Source: Opitutales bacterium
Lineage (GTDB): Bacteria; Verrucomicrobiota; Verrucomicrobiia; Opitutales; UBA9783
Direction of reading: 5' to 3'
Assembly (NCBI GenBank): GCA_017958565.1
Contig: JAGDCJ010000029.1
Span: forward strand, 1 to 17,576
Length of the DNA stretch: 17,576 nt
Both the position numbers and the translations under genes were made by a program. Each line of letters opens with the position of its first letter. Position 1 is the stretch's first letter. The notes beneath the pieces were generated by a model. That model ran no database searches. It was not told the origin of the DNA and worked only from the letters and a program-made list of their open reading frames with translations. Shown in pieces: positions 1-7,269 of this stretch.

Positions 1-266
1 CACCACTCTCCGCAGATTTATTGAACGAATGCCTCTACACGGTCTTGCTCAAATGCATCGGTCCTTCTTCCATCACGACAGCTATTTTCTTCGCTATGAT
101 CATCTCAGCTGCCGCAATCGCTTGGCTGATGCCCAACACAACACAACTGTGCCGCTTGTTGCAACCTCACCTTCTGCTATCCATAATTTTTGCTGGCATT
201 TTACTCTACACCACATTCTTGCACCTTCAAATGAGCACCATCGATTTTTTATACTGGCAATTCTAA
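1..266 (+). CDS. C-terminal fragment of a polytopic membrane protein, probably an MBOAT-family O-acyltransferase (AlgI/DltB/PatA-like). The 5' end lies outside the window.
   Basis: The frame is open from the window edge (codons from nt 3) to TAA at 264-266. The translation is very hydrophobic and ends ...STIDFLYWQF. This resembles the (D/E)F(I/L)Y(F/W)QF C-terminus I recall for bacterial MBOAT proteins. A membrane-anchored partner gene follows 9 nt downstream. Confidence 0.4.
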   Translation, partial: PLSADLLNECLYTVLLKCIGPSSITTAIFFAMIISAAAIAWLMPNTTQLCRLLQPHLLLSIIFAGILLYTTFLHLQMSTIDFLYWQF

Positions 267-275
267 TCTTTTCTC

Positions 276-1340
276 ATGATCAAATCTGCAAAACAAAATT
301 GCTTATGGATATTTGCTAGCGTACTGCTTGTTTGTTTGATCGATGGAGCACTTTTATTCTTCATCGATCCTTATCACCTTTTTCATGAAACACCGTGGAA
401 TCGAAATCGATGGAGCGGAAATCCCGAACTGATAAACGAAGGACAAATTCGAAGTTTGCTAAAAAAAACGAATGATTATGATACCGTCATCATCGGTAGT
501 TCTCACATGATGAACTTAAAAAACAAAGCGATTGCAAAAGCAGTTCATGGGAAAGCGGCAATCAAACTTTGTGCACACGGTATGCGATGGTCAGAAGAAA
601 ATATGCTTTTAAAGAAGGCACTTGCAACTCATAAAATCAAACAGGTAGTTTTATGCATCGATTGGTTAGCTCATGGAGTACCAAGACTTTCAGGTAATCT
701 TTTCAAAAACATGTGGTTTTCTTCCATTTTGTGGGTATGGAATAAAAATTTCTATAAAGTACAGGAAAATATTAATCAAATCTATAATTTTAAATGTAAT
801 GTAAATTTTGCAAATTCAAGCCAATTTCAACAGCTGCGTAAAGATTATCAGCCAACTTCTTATCCATCGATTTTACCTTACAATCAAGATTTTGCTGATC
901 TTGATGCGTACTTGATTCATGCAATCAAAAGCAACCCACAAGTACAATTTTTCCTTTTGATTCATTCGGAAAATTTTGTAAGCAACACTCAAAAACGATT
1001 ATTTCATCGTATTTTTAACAATCAACGTTACTTCATTGAACAATGTGCTTCTTTGCCGAATGCGAAAATCTACGGTTTTCAAAACCATCCATTTGTAAAA
1101 AACCTAGCAAATTATTATGATAAAAATCATTTTTGCGACGAAATTCATAAGTTTGTTACGTATTGCATTGAGCACGATTGGTATCGAATTACGCTCGAAA
1201 ATTTCTCTGCCTATGAAAAGGATATGTTTGAAAATGCAAATTCTTTTCAAATCGAAGAATCCTATCCTCATCGAGATACCGCGGAAGAATTAATTGCAGC
1301 AGAATGGAAGAAAAGGGAGAAAGATAAGACCGTGCAATAA
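276..1340 (+). CDS. N-terminally membrane-anchored protein, a putative DltD/AlgJ/DUF1574-like partner of the upstream MBOAT (extracytoplasmic O-acyl transfer accessory protein)
   Basis: The ORF encodes 354 aa and ends in TAA. It has one N-terminal TM helix (CLWIFASVLLVCLIDGALLFFI). A VIIGSSH segment resembles the catalytic Ser block of DltD/SGNH-like proteins. It is tightly linked to the MBOAT-like gene. Coding status is confident, but the function is only a family-level guess. Confidence 0.4.
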   Translation: MIKSAKQNCLWIFASVLLVCLIDGALLFFIDPYHLFHETPWNRNRWSGNPELINEGQIRSLLKKTNDYDTVIIGSSHMMNLKNKAIAKAVHGKAAIKLCAHGMRWSEENMLLKKALATHKIKQVVLCIDWLAHGVPRLSGNLFKNMWFSSILWVWNKNFYKVQENINQIYNFKCNVNFANSSQFQQLRKDYQPTSYPSILPYNQDFADLDAYLIHAIKSNPQVQFFLLIHSENFVSNTQKRLFHRIFNNQRYFIEQCASLPNAKIYGFQNHPFVKNLANYYDKNHFCDEIHKFVTYCIEHDWYRITLENFSAYEKDMFENANSFQIEESYPHRDTAEELIAAEWKKREKDKTVQ

Positions 1341-1428
1341 AAAAAGAACCTTTTTCTCGCTTTTCCGTTTTTCGAAAAAATCTTTACGGGCTTGAAAAAT
1401 TTTGTTTCATTAAAACTGTTGTAATGAT

Positions 1429-1521
1429 ATGAGTGTTAAAAAGCAGCGTGTTTTAAAAATGAATAAACACAAGCGGAGAAAGCGATCCAAAAAAAATCGG
1501 CATAAAAAACGCACGTGGTAG
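1429..1521 (+). CDS. 30-aa ultra-basic peptide, likely the small ribosomal protein bS22 (AURKAIP1/COX24, mS38-like family)
   Basis: This ORF is absent from the supplied track because it is under 60 aa. ATG at 1429 to TAG at 1519-1521 encodes MSVKKQRVLKMNKHKRRKRSKKNRHKKRTW, with 17 of 30 residues K or R. The KMNKHKRRK core matches the KMxxHKxRK core I recall for bS22/mS38. It ends 8 nt before the next gene's ATG. Confidence 0.55.
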   Translation: MSVKKQRVLKMNKHKRRKRSKKNRHKKRTW

Positions 1522-1529
1522 TAACAACC

Positions 1530-2228
1530 ATGAAAGTGGTTGAGAAGAAGCAGGCACGCCAAGATGGTTTCATCGGTAGGCTTGCTCTTTCCGTCTTGCT
1601 CTTTTTGTTGGGTGGTTTTTTCGTTTTGTACAGGATTCGAAAAAATTCTGTTCATTTGCAAATAGAAGCATCGTTGGCATTTTTTTACACATTGCTCCAA
1701 CAACATCAAGGGTGGTTGATTTTGTCCTTGTTTTTGCTACCTACCTTTGGAATTCCTCTTTCTCCATTGCTTTTGACCGCAGGTACTATTTGGCGTTTCC
1801 CGATGGCTTTAGGGATCTGTTCCTTTGCAATCGGAAGCAACCTTGTCTTTTCCTACTTTTTTTATCAACGTTGCTTGCATCGATGGTTGCTCAAACTGAT
1901 TTTTCATAACCAACCGCTCCGAAAGCCGAAATCTTTCTCACGACTCACAAGCCTTCGTTGGTGTTTTCTGATTCAACTGATTCCGCACCTTCCCTATTCT
2001 GCGCAGTGCTACATTTTAGCAAATGTAAAAGAAGTACGTTTTTGGCATTATTGGAGCATTAGCTGGGCAGTCCAATTCGCTTGGGCCATTGGATTTATTA
2101 GCATGGGGAAGGCGATTTTATCCAAACAATGGGGTTTTACCATTGTAGGAATTTTTCTCATCCTCATTGTTTTCACCTATCAAAGGTTTGTACATTACCG
2201 AAAAATGGGCCGAAAACATCTAGAATAA
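1530..2228 (+). CDS. TVP38/TMEM64-type (DedA superfamily) integral membrane protein
   Basis: The ORF has an ATG at 1530 (the track starts at GTG 1515) and ends in TAA. It has multiple TM segments. A re-entrant-like motif (FGIPLSPLLLTAGTIWRFPMALGICSFAIGSNLVFSYFFYQR) is typical of the SNARE-associated/TVP38 family. Confidence 0.55.
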   Translation: MKVVEKKQARQDGFIGRLALSVLLFLLGGFFVLYRIRKNSVHLQIEASLAFFYTLLQQHQGWLILSLFLLPTFGIPLSPLLLTAGTIWRFPMALGICSFAIGSNLVFSYFFYQRCLHRWLLKLIFHNQPLRKPKSFSRLTSLRWCFLIQLIPHLPYSAQCYILANVKEVRFWHYWSISWAVQFAWAIGFISMGKAILSKQWGFTIVGIFLILIVFTYQRFVHYRKMGRKHLE

Positions 2229-2261
2229 AATTTTCTGACGCAGGATGGTCATTTTTTGCGC

Positions 2262-3590
2262 ATGATTACTCCGTTTCTCAAAGGCGTTTTGTCGGTTCAA
2301 GAGCTTTCGGCGCATATAAAGCAACTCTTAAAGGAAGCATTCCCTTTTGTGGCTGTCTACGGAGAAATTTCCAACCTCCGCACTTCGAAAGGAATCACGT
2401 GGTTTACTTTAAAAGACGCTGTCAGCCAAATTCCGGTCGTTGCATTTTCCGCTCCTTCGCTTTCTCAGCCATTGGCAAACGGACAATCCGTTTTGATCGA
2501 AGGCCGCATCGATGTATACATCGCTTCGGGCCGTTACCAACTGATTGCAAAAAACATTCGAACGCTTGGTGTGGGAGAATTACAGCAACAATTCGAAATT
2601 TTAAAAGAAAAATTGCGGCAAGAGGGCTTATTTTCGTCAGAGAAAAAGAAACCATTGCCTCTCTTGCCCAAGCACATCGGTGTCGTTACGTCGCCGGAAG
2701 CCGCGGCCTTGCAAGATTTTTTGCAAATTTTACAACGCAAACAGTGGAAGGGCTCCATATTATTGTCTCCCGCACTCGTACAAGGCTACCAAGCGCCACC
2801 ATCCATCATGAAGGCGTTTCAAGCGCTCCAGCGAAGGCCGGAAATTGAACTCATCGTGCTGATTCGCGGCGGTGGTAGCTTTGAAGATTTAAATTGCTTT
2901 AATCAAGAAAAATTGGTGCGATTTCTCGCCAACCGCCGGAAGCCGCTTCTAACCGGAATTGGCCATGAAACGGATTACACTCTATGCGATTTTGTCGCCG
3001 ATCAACGCGCAGAAACGCCAACCGCCGCGGCAGAAATTTTAGCCAACGCCTACCAAAATGCTTGCAAAAATTTACAAATTCATACCCAGCGCTTACAACG
3101 AACCTTTTTATTCCATTATGAAGCGGATAAGCAACACCTCCATCACCTCCAAAAGCGCTTGTCCGCTTTCCATCCTGAGCAAACTCTTTTGCGCCTACGT
3201 CAACAGTATGAGCAGCAAAAGAAACAATTCCGCGCACGCTACCTCTCTTCTTTGCAAACCAAGCAGCAGTATTTTTCCTGGCTGTCCTCTCGTTTGCATG
3301 CTGTTTCCATCCAACCATTGTTCGAGCGGCAACAAAACCATTTCCAAACGCAAATTCGTCGACTGCACGCGATTTTTCAGCAGCATTACCACAACAAAAC
3401 CCAGCAACTTTCGCAATGCTCGCAACGCTTGCACGCCTTATCCATCGAACGACATTTAAAACGCGGCTTTTTGATTCCGCTGGCAAACGATCAACATACC
3501 TTGCAACCATTTACCCCCAATACGCAATGGGTATGGCATCAAACCGGAAAATGGCAAATTGCCGTCCAATCACGCGATATTCCCTCTTGA
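2262..3590 (+). CDS. xseA: Exodeoxyribonuclease VII large subunit
   Basis: The N-terminal OB fold carries GEISNL...WFTLKD. The catalytic core has IGVVTSPEAAALQDF, LIRGGGSFEDLNCFNQE, TGIGHETDYTLCDFVADQRAETPTAAAE, followed by a long Q/R/H-rich helical tail. The track starts at TTG 2256, but ATG 2262 is more likely. The TGA stop is followed directly by an in-frame TAG. Confidence 0.9.
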   Translation: MITPFLKGVLSVQELSAHIKQLLKEAFPFVAVYGEISNLRTSKGITWFTLKDAVSQIPVVAFSAPSLSQPLANGQSVLIEGRIDVYIASGRYQLIAKNIRTLGVGELQQQFEILKEKLRQEGLFSSEKKKPLPLLPKHIGVVTSPEAAALQDFLQILQRKQWKGSILLSPALVQGYQAPPSIMKAFQALQRRPEIELIVLIRGGGSFEDLNCFNQEKLVRFLANRRKPLLTGIGHETDYTLCDFVADQRAETPTAAAEILANAYQNACKNLQIHTQRLQRTFLFHYEADKQHLHHLQKRLSAFHPEQTLLRLRQQYEQQKKQFRARYLSSLQTKQQYFSWLSSRLHAVSIQPLFERQQNHFQTQIRRLHAIFQQHYHNKTQQLSQCSQRLHALSIERHLKRGFLIPLANDQHTLQPFTPNTQWVWHQTGKWQIAVQSRDIPS

Positions 3591-3691
3591 TAGGAAAAAT
3601 TTTATTCCGGAAAAAATTCTTACCATAATAGGGCATAAGAAGAAAAAATGTTTTCATGGAAGAAATGGCTTCTAAATTGAAAAACTCATGG

Positions 3692-4579
3692 ATGAGAAAA
3701 AACGCTCAAAAAATCTTTTGGTGCCTTCTTGGTTTATCGGGTTCCTTAGCCGGATGCCATGCAAATTCTTTGGTTGTTACTAAAGGAATGGCTCCCGTTT
3801 TTACCTCACCCGAAACCAAGCTGCAATATGAATACGGAGAACACGGTAATAATTGTCTTCAACTGGATACGGTTTTAATGCCTCCTGCACGCATCAAGAT
3901 TCTGGATACATCAAATTCTCCTATTTATAAAATCTCTTACGAAATATCAGAAAAGAGTAAAGGGACGGGGTATGTTCATCAACACTTTCTGAAAAATTGT
4001 TGTGAATATGTAAAAAATCCAAAACCACCGTGTGTGATGCGCTTAGAAGATATTTGAGCAGTTTTTGAGCGTTGTATTCAAGAAAAAGTACCTTACTGTT
4101 TTGGCGGGAATTCTTTTGATTCAATCCAGCTTCCTAAAGAATACCAATTCACCACCTCTGGTGAATACATCCCTGGAAAACAATTTGACCTTCGCGGGTT
4201 TGATTGCTCTGGGTTGTTGTTTTATATTTCCAATGGCATTTCGCCGCATTGTACGCGTGGTCTTGATACATGCGGGAAAAAAATCTACACGTTTGATTGG
4301 CAAAAAGACTATTCTGATGAAGAAAAACAAAAAGTTTTAGCTTCTCTTCGAGATACGGATTATCTTGTGTTTGTACGCAATAAAAAAACGCAAATGATCG
4401 GCAGTGGGCATGTAATCGTTTCATACAAGAGCGGATTTATTGAATTTCGGAATAAAACATACGGTTGTTATTACACAACAAAAGAAAACGCTCTTCAGCG
4501 TCTGAATGAAATGATTACCAGTAGTAAAGAGTTTTGCAGCGACTTGTTTGTGATTCGTTGGCATCCCGAGGTAAAGTAG
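3692..4579 (+). pseudogene. SH3-like plus NlpC/P60 cysteine-peptidase lipoprotein interrupted by a single in-frame TGA at 4055-4057
   Basis: The lipoprotein signal is MRKNAQKIFWCLLGLSGSLAGC (lipobox LAGC). Track ORFs 3656-4057 and 4214-4579 are in the same frame. Reading through the TGA gives ...RLEDI*AVFERCIQEKVPYCFGGNSFDS...DLRGFDCSGLLFYISNG...GSGHVIV. This is a complete NlpC/P60 core (PYxxGG, DCSGL catalytic Cys, downstream His). There is no in-frame start between the stop and the catalytic Cys. Confidence 0.6.
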
Positions 4580-4622
4580 TTCATTTAGCGCCAACAACAA
4601 AATCCTTGCTAAACACAAAAAA

Positions 4623-4650
4623 GCCTCTGCAAAAAGCAGAGGCCTTTTAT
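4623..4650. terminator. Bidirectional rho-independent terminator between convergent genes
   Basis: GCCTCTGC (4623-4630) pairs with GCAGAGGC (4636-4643) across an AAAAA loop. An A-run lies upstream and CTTTTATT lies downstream. It sits between the NlpC/P60 gene end (4579) and the ferritin gene end (4667). Confidence 0.7.
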
Positions 4651-4666
4651 TAATATGAAAATAAAA

Positions 4667-5161
4667 TTAACGTTTTCCCGCTTCGTGGTCTAAGGACATC
4701 ATAGTACAGAGGCATTTTTGAGAAACAGCACGCTTAATTTGCTGCAAGTAATGCTGGCAATTGCTCTCTTCTTCCACTTGTTCATTCACATACCACTCGA
4801 GAAAAATTTGCGTTGGGTAATCGTTCTTTTTCACCGCTAATGCATACGCTGCATGAATATATTTCGTATTTTTGATTTCATGCTCATATGCAAGCTGAAA
4901 GGCTTCACAAGGACATTTTAAGCTAAAATTCAGACAGTCTATTTTTTGAAATTTTACCGCACCCTGACGCTCTTGGATGTAATCAATTAATTTCATCGCA
5001 TGGGTTAATTCTTCCTCGTGCTGTTTGCGCATCCAATGCGCAAATCCATCAAATCCTATTTCTTTTAAAGCAACCGATAACCCCAGATAAGTATAAGCGG
5101 CTTCCCATTCGTGAGCAATCTGCTCATTTAACGCTTTTGCCAATTCTTTTTCTAACGTCAT
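4667..5161 (-). CDS. ftn: Non-heme ferritin
   Basis: The 164-aa product carries ferritin ferroxidase and fold motifs: LNEQIAHEWEAAYTY, QHEEELTHAMKLIDY, YEHEI, DYPTQIFLEWYVNEQVEEE. These parallel E. coli FtnA as I recall it. Confidence 0.85.
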   Translation of the reverse strand: MTLEKELAKALNEQIAHEWEAAYTYLGLSVALKEIGFDGFAHWMRKQHEEELTHAMKLIDYIQERQGAVKFQKIDCLNFSLKCPCEAFQLAYEHEIKNTKYIHAAYALAVKKNDYPTQIFLEWYVNEQVEEESNCQHYLQQIKRAVSQKCLCTMMSLDHEAGKR

Positions 5162-5356
5162 AATTTAAGGTATCATCTTTTTCCCATAACCGTCAAGGGT
5201 GAATATTCAATTTTTTCATTTTTCTAAAAAATTTTCTATCCGGCGCTTTTCCCATGAAAATTTTACCCTTCGACCCCATAAATCTTATAGAGATCAACTT
5301 AGAAACAATTTCACTACAAAAAAGTTGCAAATCCACTACCCTACTCCTGGATAACC

Positions 5357-5384
5357 TTGACAATTTTTATCGATTTTATGCAAT
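5357..5384 (+). promoter_or_regulatory. Sigma-70-type promoter for tRNA-Pro
   Basis: A perfect -35 TTGACA (5357-5362) is followed by a 16-nt spacer and TGCAAT (5379-5384). The predicted start lies 1-2 nt before the mature tRNA 5' end at 5393. Confidence 0.45.
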
Positions 5385-5392
5385 AAACCTAT

Positions 5393-5469
5393 CGGGTCAT
5401 GGCGTAGTCTGGTAGCGCACTTGCATGGGGTGCAAGGGGCCGTGAGTTCGAATCTCACTGACCCGACCA
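5393..5469 (+). tRNA. tRNA-Pro (anticodon GGG), CCA encoded
   Basis: Hand-folded 77-nt cloverleaf. Acceptor stem is CGGGTCA/TGACCCG with C1-G72 and A73. D stem is GCGT/GCGC. Anticodon stem is CTTGC/GCAAG with loop A-T-GGG-G-T (G37). T arm is GTGAG-TTCGAAT-CTCAC. The 3' CCA is encoded. Confidence 0.92.
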
Positions 5470-5474
5470 TAGCA

Positions 5475-5502
5475 TGCGTTCCTTCAAGGTGCAGGTTTTT
5501 TT
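5475..5502 (+). terminator. Weak hairpin plus T7 tract after the tRNA
   Basis: TGCGTT (5475-5480) pairs with GGTGCA (5488-5493), including G-U pairs, and is followed by GG and TTTTTTT (5496-5502). Confidence 0.3.
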
Positions 5503-5573
5503 GATGAAAACGATCCTTGGCAAATACTAAGCACCCAAATTGACAGTGTACCGATTACTAATGGAGTCCCTTT

Positions 5574-6506
5574 TTACCGAACCTGAATTTTCTCATCCCA
5601 GGGAAGACGATAAGCTCCGTTCGCCAAATCTTTCACCCAGGTCAAGCAATTCGCTTTTTCGCCGCCCGGTTTTCCGACATATGCGCGGCAACCCAGATTG
5701 AAGATATTGTTTTCAACGCCCCACGTTTTTCGGGCGTGATCTGAACGGGACGGATCGATTTCCGCCATGACTATTTCTCCAGGAAAGCCGGATCCCATCG
5801 CCATCACGTGACCGTCGATATCACAAATCATCCCATGACCGCAATGATACGCGGTAGCGCCCTGGCCTGCCAAATTGACCGAAACGCTGAACATTAAATC
5901 GTTCCACGCATTGGCACGATTGGTCAAAATCCATTGCTCTTTCCACTGGCTTGTGTAAGCGGAAATGCGAATGAAAACATTGCAACCTTTATAAGCCGCT
6001 TCACGAGCGATTTCCGGGAACATCCCGTCGTGGCAGACGCAAACCGCCAACTTCGAACCTTTCGGCCCGTCGCAAACCGGCATCCCGAAGTTCCCCGGCG
6101 CCCACGGCTCAACCGGTACCCACGGCTGCAGTTTTCGGTAATGCAAAACCAACTTTCCGCGATTATTGACGATCATCGCTGAATTGTACGGCGCACCGCC
6201 TTCGGGATTTTTTTCGATAATGGAGAAAACACCCCATACGTTATGACGTTCGCACGACGCCTGAAGGCGTTGCACAACGACATCGTCCATCGCTAAGCAC
6301 ATGTCATCGTGCGCCCAAATTTTCTTATTCAGATCTTGCGTCGAATATTCGGGGAAAACGATCACATCCAAATTTGGGTAAAAACGCTTCGTTTTTTCAA
6401 TAACGGTACCTATTTTCTCTACATTTGGAAAAATTTCCTCGGGACCTTGGATATTTGGAACGGGATATTGAATTGCTGCGATCTGTAAAAACTTTTCGTT
6501 TTCCAT
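5574..6506 (-). CDS. amiF: Formamidase (nitrilase-superfamily aliphatic amidase, AmiF type)
   Basis: The 310-aa product has long colinear blocks matching H. pylori AmiF as I recall it: AAIQYPVP, VFPEYSTQ, WGVFSIIEKNPEGGAPYNSA, HYRKLQPWVPVEPWAPGNFGMPVCDGPKGSKLAVCVCHDGMFPEIAREAAYKGCNVFIRISAYTSQWKEQWILTNRANAW, SVSVNLAG, ENNIFNLGCRAYVGKPGGE, KDLANGAYRLPWDE. The Glu-Lys-Cys triad is present. Confidence 0.88.
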   Translation of the reverse strand: MENEKFLQIAAIQYPVPNIQGPEEIFPNVEKIGTVIEKTKRFYPNLDVIVFPEYSTQDLNKKIWAHDDMCLAMDDVVVQRLQASCERHNVWGVFSIIEKNPEGGAPYNSAMIVNNRGKLVLHYRKLQPWVPVEPWAPGNFGMPVCDGPKGSKLAVCVCHDGMFPEIAREAAYKGCNVFIRISAYTSQWKEQWILTNRANAWNDLMFSVSVNLAGQGATAYHCGHGMICDIDGHVMAMGSGFPGEIVMAEIDPSRSDHARKTWGVENNIFNLGCRAYVGKPGGEKANCLTWVKDLANGAYRLPWDEKIQVR

Positions 6507-6534
6507 AAATTTCTCGCTTCTATCGTAAATATTT

Positions 6535-7218
6535 TTACTTTTTTAGCAACTCGGTTATTTCTTTTCTAACCTTTTCCAAATCTCCGCAGGTCAAAATCGG
6601 AATCAGCGCCTGAATTTCTTCGATCGTTTTATTCCACCATTGCAGTTGCAACAATAGTTGTATCATTTCATCATCAAACCGTTTTCGAATGATTTTTGCC
6701 GGATTTCCAGCCACAATCGTGTAAGGGGGAACATGGCTACCTACCACGCTATTTAAGCCAACAATCGCACCATCGCCAATATGTACTCCTGGCAAAATCA
6801 TTGCCTGTTGTCCGATCCAAACATCATTACCCACAACCGTATCTCCCTTGTACGGCATCTGTTCCTTCGGTGGAACCGGCTGCTGCCATCCTTCAAAAAT
6901 ATAAAACGGGAACGTCGAAACCGCATTCATTTGATGATTGGCACCGTTCATGATGAAATTCACGCCAGATGCAATCTGGCAAAACTTGCCGATTATCAGC
7001 CGATCCCCACAAAACTCATAATGGTGCGTTACCCGTTTTTCAAAATCCGTACCGCTAAAATAAGTGTATTCGCCAACGATAATGTTTGGGTTTCGAATCG
7101 TTGGCTTTACATAAATCAGCTGCTTGTAATCTTTTATCGGAAATACAGTTGCCGGATTTGGAAAAGAATGGGCTTCCATGTTTTCATTAAAAAACTCCCG
7201 ATTTCTTCCGCAAGCCAT
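6535..7218 (-). CDS. vat: Xenobiotic (Vat/streptogramin A-type) hexapeptide-repeat O-acetyltransferase
   Basis: Motifs IIVGEYTYFSG, HHYEF..DRLIIGKFCQIASGVNFIMNGANHQMNAVSTFPF, KGDTVVGNDVWIGQQAMILPGVHIGDGAIVGLNSVV, YTIVAGNPAKIIRKRFDDEMIQLLLQLQWWN parallel VatD. The likely true start is the internal ATG at 7179 (MEAHSFPNP...). It lies 28 nt upstream of amiF on the same strand. Confidence 0.85.
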   Translation of the reverse strand: MACGRNREFFNENMEAHSFPNPATVFPIKDYKQLIYVKPTIRNPNIIVGEYTYFSGTDFEKRVTHHYEFCGDRLIIGKFCQIASGVNFIMNGANHQMNAVSTFPFYIFEGWQQPVPPKEQMPYKGDTVVGNDVWIGQQAMILPGVHIGDGAIVGLNSVVGSHVPPYTIVAGNPAKIIRKRFDDEMIQLLLQLQWWNKTIEEIQALIPILTCGDLEKVRKEITELLKK

Positions 7219-7269
7219 TTGTACCCACTGGTAACCTACCTATGGCACAACTTGTGCTAATGATATGGC

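Noticed and set aside
1410-1709. 99-aa - strand ORF spanning the small basic ORF and the start of the TVP38-like gene
   Set aside because: It is the mirror image of the Lys/Arg-rich bS22-like ORF (hence its Phe/Leu-rich sequence) and of a membrane-protein N-terminus. The + strand genes explain the region better.
2129-2848. 239-aa + strand ORF overlapping the end of the TVP38-like gene and the 5' third of xseA
   Set aside because: It is in a different frame from two genes with strong homology signals. Its Arg/Cys/His-rich composition has no recognisable motifs. This is a typical shadow ORF.
2899-3510. 203-aa - strand ORF inside xseA (also 2422-2655, 2534-2758, 3195-3434 and 3058-3459)
   Set aside because: These are antisense or off-frame to the confidently identified xseA. 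Their composition is Arg/Ala-rich and low in information, with no start context or motifs.
4055-4057. TGA recoding (genetic code 4 or 25) or selenocysteine as the explanation for the in-frame stop in the NlpC/P60 gene
   Set aside because: Trp is encoded by TGG throughout the window. Long conserved genes such as xseA, amiF and the 606-aa ORF contain no in-frame TGA. I could not fold a SECIS-like hairpin in the 40 nt after the TGA. The position, a domain linker, is not a plausible catalytic Sec site.
5254-5415. 53-codon + strand ORF (MKILPFDPINLIEINLE...) in the ferritin-tRNA intergenic region
   Set aside because: It runs through the tRNA-Pro promoter and into the tRNA itself. I recognise no motif, so it is probably a chance ORF, or at most a gene remnant I cannot support.
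6781-7260. 159-aa + strand ORF antisense to the vat-like gene (also 6696-6953, 5934-6182 and 5924-6112 within amiF)
   Set aside because: The opposite strand encodes proteins with near-complete family motif sets, so these are shadow frames.
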